DNA of 64,000 bases from Thermodesulfobacteriota bacterium (GTDB lineage Bacteria > Desulfobacterota > Desulfarculia > JACQYL01): contig CAXXLZ010000002.1 of assembly GCA_963675595.2 (NCBI GenBank), forward strand, positions 2,144,001 to 2,208,000, in the 5' to 3' direction. The notes beneath the pieces were generated by a model that was not told the DNA's origin, did not search any database, and was given only the letters and a program-made list of their open reading frames with translations. The translations under genes and the position numbers were made by a program. Shown here in pieces: positions 51,243 to 60,660 of the stretch. Every line of letters begins with the position of its first letter. Position 1 is the first letter of the stretch.

Positions 51243-52792
51243 CTAGAGTTTAGAGCCATGCGGGGCAGCCAAGTTTGTATAGAAGAGCATAGTTCTCCAA
51301 GACGGGTTGAATACCGTTGACGTAAGGCTTTGAGATGATTGACTGAACACGGATATCAGGCAGCGCGCCCCAAGTCTTCCGGAGAATCGGTGAATTCCGG
51401 TTGGAATTTTTTGGATTTCCGGTTCCACATGGCTCGCACGTTTAAGTTGCCGAAAAGACGACCGATGGCTGCGGCCATCCAGCCGGCGGTGGCGGGCCTG
51501 TTCTTTCTCCAAGGGATTGGAAACATCGTATAGGCCGCGTTGGGACCCAGGCAGAGCGCCAAGAGCCGTGGCAAGCCGTAGGCCAGGCACAAGATCATGC
51601 TCCATCGAGCCAATGTCTGCCGTGTCTGCTGCCAAGCATTTTTCAGTCCGAACAGGTGCTTGATCTCGTTGAACATGGGCTCGGTCCACCATCGTCGTGC
51701 ATAGCGTGTAATCACTTCCGCGCCGTCCATGTCGGGATCGGTACTGATCAGAAGATGCCAATCGGACCAAGAGGGGTTGTCGGACATAAACCGGCACCAC
51801 ACGATCTTGCACAACCGGCCGTCCAGGAAGCGGACTTTGGCTTTGGTTTGGTAGAACTGGAAAACTCGTTCCGAGCCGTAGGCAAAGAGGGTTTTCTCCA
51901 CCGGACGACAGAATCGTCCGATGTTTTCCAACGTGAGTTTTTCCCCATACTTTCTGGGTCTGCCCCGTTTCTTCCGAGGCGGATTGTCCGGAGGCAAAAA
52001 CAGGGCGGTATCTTTGCGGACTTGGCCGATGACCGTCACACCATCGCGAATCAGGGGAACCACCAGGGAGCTTTTCATATACCAGGCATCGAGCAGCAGA
52101 ATAATGAGAAAGCGATCCGGCAGCCAAGTCATGAGAACGGACATCAAGAGCCGCGCCGCGTCCAGTTTGGTGGTGTTCCCTTTTTTGCGGATGAGCCGAA
52201 ACAAGAGGGGAAACGCGGCTACCCGGCCCTTGTGGCGGCAGATGACAGCCAGAGAAACCCGAAGCTGTCCCCACAGGAATTTGGGGCGGTTGGGCCGGTG
52301 CGCGTGATCGTAATGCCAACCGGCGCAGGGCGCTTTCTTGGACGATCTGGGCAAAGGGAAGTCGTCTATGGCGAACTCGATGGATCGGTTTGGAATCCGT
52401 TTCAGGATCAGGCGCATCCATTGCCGGGCTAGCGCAAGCCATTGGAATCGGCCCTTTTCGATGGCCTTGTAATAGGCGGTCCAGGACAACTGGGGCCGAA
52501 CGGCCAGAAGCGCGGAAGAAATATGGCCGCCGCGGCAGACCATACATCCCATCAGGAGTTCCAGAAGAGTCGGAGCTATTCTGCACGGAACGGCCTGAAA
52601 TAGAAAGGAAATCCACTGCGATAGGAGCATAAGTGCTTGAGCCGTCGAATCCATTGGTTGACCCCCAAGGAAAGGTTTCTTTCCTTAAAGGGCCGCCAAA
52701 GGCGGCCGCGCATCCGCGCGGCAATGTCAAGTACTTTGTTGTCTTTATTCGCATTTTTCCTATACCAAGGGTCGCCAGACTCTAAACTCTAG
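51243..52792 (-). mobile_element. Complete IS of the IS4/IS701-like DDE group, 1550 bp
   Basis: 13-bp perfect TIR CTAGAGTTTAGAG; 11-bp target duplication TTTATGGTTGC (51232-51242 and 52793-52803). Confidence 0.92.
51356..52654 (-). CDS. DDE transposase (IS4/IS701-like)
   Basis: AIDD, LLDAWY and YARRWWTEPMFNEIK (YREK-like) motifs. Confidence 0.9.
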   Translation of the reverse strand: MDSTAQALMLLSQWISFLFQAVPCRIAPTLLELLMGCMVCRGGHISSALLAVRPQLSWTAYYKAIEKGRFQWLALARQWMRLILKRIPNRSIEFAIDDFPLPRSSKKAPCAGWHYDHAHRPNRPKFLWGQLRVSLAVICRHKGRVAAFPLLFRLIRKKGNTTKLDAARLLMSVLMTWLPDRFLIILLLDAWYMKSSLVVPLIRDGVTVIGQVRKDTALFLPPDNPPRKKRGRPRKYGEKLTLENIGRFCRPVEKTLFAYGSERVFQFYQTKAKVRFLDGRLCKIVWCRFMSDNPSWSDWHLLISTDPDMDGAEVITRYARRWWTEPMFNEIKHLFGLKNAWQQTRQTLARWSMILCLAYGLPRLLALCLGPNAAYTMFPIPWRKNRPATAGWMAAAIGRLFGNLNVRAMWNRKSKKFQPEFTDSPEDLGRAA

Positions 52793-53719
52793 TTTATGGT
52801 TGCTATAGCTGCCCTTTTGGCTACCAGCGTGCCTGTATGCGCTTCCGAAATGGATGACCGCATCGAATCATCGGTGGGTAAGTCCTACGCATTCAAGACC
52901 TATCTGAAAGACGATCATATTAAAGTCGAGTCCAGGGACGGCGCCGTCAGATTAACAGGGACAGTCTCCGAGGAATTTCATAAATCAATGGCTTATGAGA
53001 CTGTGGCGGGCATGCCCGGAGTCAAAAGTGTGGACAACCGGCTGGAACTCGAAGGCGTGTCCCCCACTCCATACTCAGATGCGTGGCTCGACGCCAAAGT
53101 GAAAGCTGCGCTCTCGTTTCATCGCAGCGTCAACGCCGCTACAACGGAGGTTGACGTTAAAGACGGCATCGTGACTCTGAGAGGCGAGGCTGCCGGTGAG
53201 GCCCAAAAGGAACTGGCGACCGAATATGCCAAGGATGTCGAAGGGGTCAAAGACGTAAGAAACGAGATGATCGTGTCAAAACTCTCGAAAACTTCAGATT
53301 CAACGGTTGGCGAAGATATTGATGACGCTTCCATCACCGCCCAAGTCAAGATATCGCTGCTGTTCCATCGTTCCACCAGTGCTCACAACACCAAAGTCGA
53401 AACCAACGCAGGCGTGGTAACTTTATATGGCAAGGCAAGGAGCGCAGCAGAAAAGGATCTGGTCACCAAACTCTCCAGCGACATAAACGGTGTGAAGAGT
53501 GTAAATAACCGGATGACCATCGAATAGTTCATAAAGAATTCTCAGTTGCAGGCTGACAGAAGGTTGTTGATATCGGGTCTCGCCCGCACACAGGCTGAAA
53601 AGGCGAAAGCGCTTCCGCCGCCTGCGATCTCGGGCTTTAGGGTTCGGCATCGTGCGGTGGGTCATGGGAAGGCGACAAAACCGACGACACAAGACCATCC
53701 CGTTCATGAGGAGCTTGGT

Positions 53720-54022
53720 ATGAAAGAAAATAGAAAAGCGTACGAAGAGAAGCTCGAAGCGCAGTTGAGAGAATGGCGCGCGCAGAAAGCACTGCTCAAG
53801 GCCAAAGCCGACAAGGCCAAGGCAGACGTTAAAATTGATTACTATAAGACCATCGATGTCTTGCAGCGCAAGGAGGATGAGGCCAAGACGAAGTTGGAGG
53901 AGTTAAAGACCGCCGGCGATGAGGCTTGGGAGGAAATCAAAACAGGGGCGGAAAAGGCTTGGTCTGAAGTCAAAATCGCCTACCACGAAGCGACATCGAG
54001 GTTCAACGGAATGTGTCAATGA
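53720..54022 (+). CDS. Small coiled-coil stress protein; last codons supplied by an IS
   Basis: GAGGAG RBS; MKENRKAYEEKLEAQLREW..AGDEAWEEIKTGAEKAW. The 3' end runs into the IS end. Confidence 0.8.
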   Translation: MKENRKAYEEKLEAQLREWRAQKALLKAKADKAKADVKIDYYKTIDVLQRKEDEAKTKLEELKTAGDEAWEEIKTGAEKAWSEVKIAYHEATSRFNGMCQ

Positions 54023-54046
54023 AAATGAGACACCTGTTTTCAGAAA

Positions 54047-55042
54047 TTAGACTCTCACGTCATCGCTCGACGGTTTGTTGATCCACGCGGCCTTGGGCAA
54101 TTTTGGCGGCTGTGGCACCTTTCCTTTGAAACGGTTGGGGTTGCTCCGGAAGGCAGCCCGAAGAACTTGGCTGCGACACGCTACAATGTCCTGGGCGAGT
54201 CCGTAATGGAGCTGTTCGGGTGTGACCAACCCGATGCCTGAATGCCGATGCTCGGGGTTGTACCAGGAGAAGAACTCCCGGCAGAAAGACCGGGCATCCT
54301 GGATTGATCCAAACCGTTTCGGGAATTTCGGGCAATACTTGAGGGTTTTAAACTGCGCCTCCGAGTAGGGGTTATCATTGCTGACATAGGGTCGGCTGTG
54401 GGTCTTGGTCACTCCAAGGTCTCCCATGAACTCGGCTACGGACTTCGCTTTCATCGCCGGGCCTCGATCCGCATGGATGATGAGTTGGCCGGACTTGATA
54501 TCCTGCTTGAAGCACGTCTCTTCGATGAGTTGCCTGGCCAAAGCGGCGCTTTCCCGATGGGCCACCATCCAGCCGACCACGTAGCGGCTGAAGATGTCCA
54601 TGATCACGTAAAGATGGAAATAGGTCCACTTCACAGGCCCTTTTAGCTTCGTAATATCCCAGGACCACACTTTGTTGGGTCCGGTCGCAAGCAACTCGGG
54701 CTTTTTATAGACAGGCCGCCGCGCCTGCTTTCTTCGCTCTTTGACATCACCGGATTCCGCTTTGAGAATCCGGTACATGGTCCGGATAGAGCAGTAGTAC
54801 TGTCCTTCATCGAGCAAGACGGCAAAGACCTGACGGGGAGCATCATCCTGAAAACGGGAGCTGTTAAGCAGATCGACCACGGTTTCCCGCTCCTGGGGGT
54901 TCAGAGCCAAGGGAGGCGCCGGCCGAGGTGTGCGGGCCGCCGCCGGCTTCAGGCGGCGATAGAAACTCGCACGGGGCAGGCCCATGGCTCCACATGCCTG
55001 CACGGTTCCCACCTCGGTGCGCAGCTCCATCGCCGCGCTCAT
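54047..55042 (-). CDS. IS3-family transposase OrfB (integrase core)
   Basis: WSWDIT, DIFSRYVVGW, HADRG, DNPYSEAQFKTLK. Confidence 0.92.
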   Translation of the reverse strand: MSAAMELRTEVGTVQACGAMGLPRASFYRRLKPAAARTPRPAPPLALNPQERETVVDLLNSSRFQDDAPRQVFAVLLDEGQYYCSIRTMYRILKAESGDVKERRKQARRPVYKKPELLATGPNKVWSWDITKLKGPVKWTYFHLYVIMDIFSRYVVGWMVAHRESAALARQLIEETCFKQDIKSGQLIIHADRGPAMKAKSVAEFMGDLGVTKTHSRPYVSNDNPYSEAQFKTLKYCPKFPKRFGSIQDARSFCREFFSWYNPEHRHSGIGLVTPEQLHYGLAQDIVACRSQVLRAAFRSNPNRFKGKVPQPPKLPKAAWINKPSSDDVRV

Positions 55043-55530
55043 GAACTGCTCCCGTCGTCGTCCAGGTCCGGCTGAGCGATCCCCAGTATCTCCGAGATTT
55101 TTTTTTGAACTTCGATGATGGTTCGCGCCTGTTTCAGTTGATTCTCGAGACGGCGGTTCTCCCTTTCAAGCCGGGCCACCCGCTCTGCCATAGGGTTCTT
55201 CTGCTTGGGCTTCCGGCCTCGCTTCTTTGGCCCAAGCGCCCTCAACTGCCCCTGGTCACGTTGTCTACGCCATGTCGCCAGACTCGAAGAATACAGGCCT
55301 TCTCGCCGAAGTAGAGCCCCGAGCCGGCCCGGTTCAGTACACGCATCGGCTTCCTCCAGGATTCTCAGCTTGTACCGGGCTGTAAATCTGCGACGAGGCT
55401 TCTTCTCTGGAACCTCCGGGTCGGGGACCGTGACGTGCTTCCCGATCGTGGTAACTCCGGTCGTCCTACGGACTCCCTCCGTTACCACGATTCCCTCATC
55501 CGGATTCTCTTTCTCTCTGTGCCTCATCAT
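55039..55530 (-). CDS. IS3-family transposase OrfA (HTH)
   Basis: RRRFTARYKLRILEEAD, LLRREGLYSS; A9 slippery run at 55098-55106 and ATGA overlap with orfB. Confidence 0.88.
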   Translation of the reverse strand: MMRHREKENPDEGIVVTEGVRRTTGVTTIGKHVTVPDPEVPEKKPRRRFTARYKLRILEEADACTEPGRLGALLRREGLYSSSLATWRRQRDQGQLRALGPKKRGRKPKQKNPMAERVARLERENRRLENQLKQARTIIEVQKKISEILGIAQPDLDDDGSSS

Positions 55531-55664
55531 GCTCCATCTCCTACCCGCCCTACACTAATTTATCAACGGGTAGGTGTCTCACTCTCATTGGCACAGAGGG
55601 AAATGAAAGGGCCGTTGCCGCACTCATCGGTTGGAACGTTGTCTAATCAAAATGGAGCAGTGAT

Positions 55665-55820
55665 ATGCTTTCAACGATCTTGATCGTCGTCTTGGTTTTG
55701 CTGCTGTTAGGCACACTGCCCAAGTGGCCTCACAGCCGACAGTGGGGTTATTACCCGAGCGGCGGACTTGCCTTGGTCCTGATGATTCTGATCATCTTGC
55801 TGCTCACGGGTAGGATTTAG
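55665..55820 (+). CDS. DUF3309 family small membrane protein (51 aa)
   Basis: Below ORF cutoff. GGAG RBS; MLSTILIVVLVLLLLGTLPKWPHSRQWGYYPSGGLALVLMILIILLLTGRI. Confidence 0.9.
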   Translation: MLSTILIVVLVLLLLGTLPKWPHSRQWGYYPSGGLALVLMILIILLLTGRI

Positions 55821-55913
55821 TCGGACGAGTTCGCTTCCCGCCGCGGGTGATACTGATCGGGCATTCTTGAGCGAACACGATAGCACAATTTGGGACCCCG
55901 CCGGATAAGGTGG

Positions 55914-57211
55914 TGTCAAGCCCCCAGTTTTTGGTCCAGGAGTTATGAGAGTTTTATCATGACTCGCGGTTTTCCATCCCCGGCCCTTGGGGCCTCGGCG
56001 AAGCCGAGCTGAGCGAGGCGGAGTCGAGGCCCCAAGGGCTCGCCGCGAACTGGGCCGGGGTCATGTAATTCAATGCACTGTGCGGTCTTTCCTCGTTATA
56101 GACTTTCCGCCATTTGGCGGCCAGAGTCTGCGCTTCCTTGATGTTGTTGAAAATTTCCATGTTCAAGAATTCATCCCGAAAACGGCTGTTGAAACTTTCC
56201 ACGTACCCGTTCTGCCAAGGGGCTCCCGGCTCGACGAAAAAGGTTCCCACTCCCAGGTCTTTCAGCCAATTTCTCACCTTTTGGGCTATAAATTCGGGAC
56301 CGTTATCCGATCGAATGCCCGTTGGAACTCCCCGCTCGCCCATCAATCGGCTCAGCTCGTTCAAAACGTCTTCACCCGTAATGGAGCGGTTGATCCTCAG
56401 GGCCAGGTTTTCCCGAGTAAACTCGTCGACAATGGCCAAGCACTTGAACTGACGGCCGTCGACCAAGCGGTCATGAATGAAATCCAACGTCCAGACATCA
56501 TTTGCAAAAGCCGCCTTACGCTTGTTGCACGCATTGGCATCAACTCCCAGGAAGCGTTTCTTCTTGGCTTTTCGAGGTACCTTGAATCCCTCCTCTTTCC
56601 AAAGTCTATGAATTCGCTTGTAGTTTACCGCCCACCCCGCATCACGCAGCAGCCGAGTGATCCTACGGCATCCAAAACGGGGATGTTCTCCAACCAACCG
56701 GTGAAGAGCCTTGATCAGTTCCACCTCATCGTCCCGTTCCTTCGGCTCATAACGTTGGGTGGATCGGTGTTGACCGGCTACGCGGCAGGCCCGACGCTCT
56801 GAAGCGGCATGTTCACTTCGAACATAATCAACCGCTTTCCTACGACGCGCCGGGCTTAGAAGTTTCCCTCCGCAAGATCCTTCAGCATTGCCTTGTCCAA
56901 CATCAGATCGGCGACCAGCTTTTTTAAGCGTGCATTTTCCTTTTCCAGTTCTTTTAGCCGTTTGGCCTCCTCAGCCTTCATCCCCCCATACTGGTTTCGC
57001 CACCGGTGGTACGTCGCCTCGCTCACCTCCAGCGATTGGCAAACCTGCGCTATCGTCTGCCCTGCCGTCAGACGACGGTCCGCGTCTTCAAGTTTCCGGA
57101 TGATTTGCTCCGCGCTGTGTCTCTTTCTCTTGGCCATGCAAAAAGTCTCCTTCCGTTCTTTGGGCATTCAGACTCTCATTATACATGGACCAATTATCGG
57201 GGGGCATTCCA
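55914..57211 (-). mobile_element. Complete IS3-family element (IS407-like group), 1298 bp
   Basis: TG..CA ends with imperfect IRs (..GCCCCC..TTGGTCCA); 4-bp target duplication GTGG (55910-55913 and 57212-57215). Confidence 0.92.
55957..57137 (-). CDS. IS3-family transposase OrfAB (programmed -1 frameshift)
   Basis: OrfA 57137-56856 (MAKRKRHSAEQII), GGGAAAC motif at 56862-56868, OrfB with WTLDF, SDNGPEF, PWQNGYVESFN. Confidence 0.9.
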
Positions 57212-57338
57212 GTGGAGGGTTTGAAGGCGAGGAGATCAGCAACTCCGGGAAGATTTTCTCGAACGTTAGGATACGTTGACCAGAAAAGGTCTCGTAACCA
57301 ACCTTTTCAAGACAAACTTATAAGGAGGAGTAAACGCT

Positions 57339-57653
57339 ATGAAAAACAGAAACTTCTTTATCCACTATTTCGTGCTTCTGATGCTCATCGCCTTCTTTGT
57401 GGCCTGTGCATCGACATCCAAACAGTCAAGCACCGGGGAATACTTTGACGATTCGGTCATCACGAGCAAGGTCAAGTCTCAGCTCGCAAGTGATGATTTT
57501 CTTAAGTCATTCGAGATCACGGTCGAGACCTACAAAGGCGTCGTTCAACTGAGCGGCTTCGTTAATTCACAGCAGGCGGTGGATACAGCGGGTGAAATCG
57601 CGAAGAGCGTTGAAGGAGTCACGTCCGTAAAGAATAATCTGAATGTAAAATAG
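57339..57653 (+). CDS. Single-BON lipoprotein
   Basis: AAGGAGGAG RBS, lipobox FVAC, DDSVITSKVK, VQLSGFV. Confidence 0.92.
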   Translation: MKNRNFFIHYFVLLMLIAFFVACASTSKQSSTGEYFDDSVITSKVKSQLASDDFLKSFEITVETYKGVVQLSGFVNSQQAVDTAGEIAKSVEGVTSVKNNLNVK

Positions 57654-57916
57654 AAGAGTGTTATGTCACCTTTTGGAGTCGACGGCCGGTGGCGGCTCCA
57701 AAACGGGTTTTCGGAGAGCATTCTTTGAGCTTTGAGAGTTTTTCTCAAGCTTTCGGTGCTCGGCACGGCTGTGCTGAATACACGGTACCCTAAATGACAG
57801 TACCTTTGGAGACTGCGATTAACCGTGGTGGAGGCAATGCCGAATCCGGGGGAGTAACTCGGGATTCCGCTACGATCCACTTAGGCTGTGCAGGTTGGAG
57901 CCCGGAGCAAGACCAC

Positions 57917-58438
57917 ATGAATGAGTCAATCAATCGGAAGTTCGCAGTGGCTTCCAAGATCAAATATCCGGATAAGGTTGCCCTAACGAAAGTTCGCTGC
58001 GCTCCTTTGTTGGCAGTGCTGGTGCTTGTGAATCTTTCTTCCGTCGCCTTTGCACAATCATCATCGTGCTCTGGGATTCACATAAAGATTCAAGACATTA
58101 GAAACAGCACGGGAACCATTGGATGTGCGCTTTTCAAATCGCCGGATGGTTTTCCTACTGAGTATCTGCGATACGCAACCAATATCATCGTAACAAAAAT
58201 TCAGGATACCCAGGCGACCTGCGACTTCACAAAGATACCCTCGGGAATGTATGCACTTGCCGTTATTCATGATGAAAATATGAACGGCAAGCTTGACACC
58301 AACTGGTTGGGAATCCCGACGGAAGGGTATGGTTTTTCAAAGGACGCAGAGGCCATGCTCGGCCCGCCTTCGTTTTCTGCTGCCGGCTTCTCCTACGACG
58401 GGCAAGACATCAAACTGACAATCAGCCTGCATTATTGA
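57917..58438 (+). CDS. DUF2141 domain protein
   Basis: YALAVIHDENMNGKLDTNWLGIPTEGYGFS and GPPSF motifs. Start uncertain. Confidence 0.88.
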   Translation: MNESINRKFAVASKIKYPDKVALTKVRCAPLLAVLVLVNLSSVAFAQSSSCSGIHIKIQDIRNSTGTIGCALFKSPDGFPTEYLRYATNIIVTKIQDTQATCDFTKIPSGMYALAVIHDENMNGKLDTNWLGIPTEGYGFSKDAEAMLGPPSFSAAGFSYDGQDIKLTISLHY

Positions 58439-58473
58439 GCATCGGCCACATTTTTCTTTGGGGACTTGAAAGA

Positions 58474-59554
58474 CTAAAGTTTAGAGTCCGGCGACCCTTT
58501 GGTATGGGAAAACTGCGAATAAATTCAACAAAGTACTTGACATTGCCGCGCGGATGGGCGGCGGCCTTTGGCGGCCCTTTAAGGAAATAAACCTTTCCTT
58601 GGGGGTCAACCATATGGATTCGACGGCTCAAGCACTTACGCTCCTATCGCAGTGGATTTCCTTTCTATTTCAAGCCGTTCCGTGCAGAATCGCTCCGACT
58701 CTTCCGGCACTCCTGATGGGATGTATGGTCTGCCGCGGCGGTCATATTTCTTGCGCGCTTCCGGCGGTCCGACCCCAGTTGTCATGGACCGCCTATTACA
58801 AGGCCGGCGAAATCCAATGGCTTGTACTGGCCCGGCAATGGATGCGCCTGATTCTGAAGCGGATTCCAGACCGATCCATCGAGTTCGCCATAGACGACTT
58901 CCCTTTGCCCCGATCATCCAAGAAAGCTCCCTGCGCCGCTTGGCATTACGATCACGCGCACCGGCCCAACCGCGCCCCAAATTCCGGTGGTGACAACAGC
59001 TTCGGGTTTCTCTGGCGGTCATCTGCCGTCACTAGGGCCGGGTAGCCGCATTTCCCCTCCTGTTCCGACTTATCCGCAAGAAAGGGAACACCACCAAACT
59101 GACCGCAGCACGGCTCCTGATGTCCGTTCTCATGACTTGGCTGCCGGATCGCTTCCTCCTTATTCTGCTGCTTGATGCCTGGTATATGAAAGGCTCCCTG
59201 GTGCTTCACCTGATTCGCGAAGGTGTGACGGTCATCGGCCAAGCCCGCAAAGATATCACCCTGTTCTTGCCTCCGGACAATCCGCCTCGGAAGAAACGGG
59301 GCAGACCCGGAAAGTGTGGGCAAAAACTCACCTTGGAAAACATCGAACGATTTTGTCGCCCGGTGGAGAAATCCCTCTTTGCCTGCGGCTCCGAACAAGT
59401 TTTCCAGTTCTACGAAACCAAAGCCAAAGTCCGCTTCCTGGACGGCCGGTTGTGCAGGATCGTGTGGTGCCGGTTTATGTCCGACAACCCCTCTTGGTCC
59501 GATTGGCATCTTCTGATCAGTACCGATCCCGCCATGGAGGGCGCGGAAGTGATT
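58474..59554 (+). mobile_element. Degenerate, 3'-truncated copy of the IS at 51243-52792
   Basis: Begins CTAAAGTTTAGAG; transposase starts MDSTAQALTLLSQW (58614) with indels and frameshifts and stops at GAEVI. Confidence 0.88.
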
Positions 59555-60592
59555 CGCTTTGCTCCAGTAGGGCGGCAAAAATGCGTTAAGTTGCTTCATG
59601 CTCTCTTCAGAGAGTTCCGCCAGTTTCCCACCCAGGTTAATAAGAGCGTCGGTGGCCATCACGCCGGGTCCGCCGGCTGATGTTACCATGGCAAGCCTCG
59701 GGCCGGCCGGTAACCTCTTCGAATCAAGAACCTGGGCAGCATCGAAGAGTTCCGCTATTTCCCCCACCCTTACGACGCCGGCCCTCTTGAAGGCAGCTTC
59801 ATATACCTCGTCGTCCCCTGCCATAGCGCCTGTGTGGGAATGGGCTGCCCTTGCACTCTCCGCGAATCGTCCCGGCTTCAAAATGATGATAGGTTTTCGC
59901 CGGGCGAACGCCTGGGCCGCACTCATGAATTTTCTCGCGTTGCCCACACCCTCCATATAGATCAGGATGCTCCTGGTGGCCCCGTCATCTCCTAAGAAAT
60001 CGATCATGTCGCCAAAGTCTACATCGAGCATGGAGCCGAGTGATGCAAACAGACTAAGCCTATCCCGGCGCTGACCGCCCAATCGAGTATCGCGCTGCCG
60101 AGGGCGCCGCTCTGAGAGATGAAGGCGATATCTCCCTGTGGAGGGTTGCCCCGCAGAAAAGTCGCATTTAAGCCCAGGACGGGTCGCACAAAACCGAGGC
60201 AGTTTGGTCCCATAATACGCATCCCATATTTTTTTCTGATCCGGTCGATTTCGCTCTCCAAATGTGTGCCTTCTTCACCAATTTCTTTGAACCCGGCGGA
60301 GATTATGACTACCCCCTCTACACCTGCCTGGCCGCATTCCTCAACCACCTGTGGTACTGACCGGGCAGGAGTTGCCACAACGGCTAGATCCACATGCTCG
60401 TGAAAGCCTGCAATGGTGGGATAGCTCTCCAAAATGCAATACCTTGCTCGCATGGGGGTTTACGGGAATTATTCTTCTCTCTTTTGAGCGGAGCAGGTTT
60501 TCGAGGATTGTTCGACCGATGGCGCCTGCCTTCTCAGTTGCGCCGATCAGAGCTATTGTCTTGGGATCAAACATCACTTGTATGTGGCCCAT
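59551..60592 (-). pseudogene. Acetate-CoA ligase (ADP-forming) / Pat-YfiQ family pseudogene
   Basis: FDPKTIALIGA, IISAGFKE, GPNCLG, ISQSGA, SHTGAMAG spread over three frames (shifts near 60437 and 60055); truncated at WSKAN. Confidence 0.88.
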
Positions 60593-60660
60593 CCTTCTCT
60601 CCTGCTTTTCAACTTTTCCAACTTCGTCTTGGCCGCATCCTGCGCCTTAACCCTGGCGCG

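Larger units (their letters stand above)
51208..53527 (+). pseudogene. Triple-BON (OsmY-like) periplasmic protein gene interrupted by an IS at about codon 12
   Basis: MKTIYRLVFMVA (51208-51242) continues after the IS as MVAIAALLATSVPVCASEMDD (52796-53527); three BON repeats. Confidence 0.85.
54007..55600 (-). mobile_element. IS3-family element (orfA/orfB)
   Basis: 23-bp imperfect IRs TGTGTCAATGAAAATGAGACACC (54012) and TGTGCCAATGAGAGTGAGACACC (ending 55595). The outer 5 bp on each side are inferred to belong to the element. Confidence 0.85.

Noticed and set aside
51243-59554. Composite transposon or inversion formed by the two related IS copies
   Set aside because: The left copy keeps its own target duplication inside the BON gene and the right copy is diverged and truncated, so these are independent insertions.
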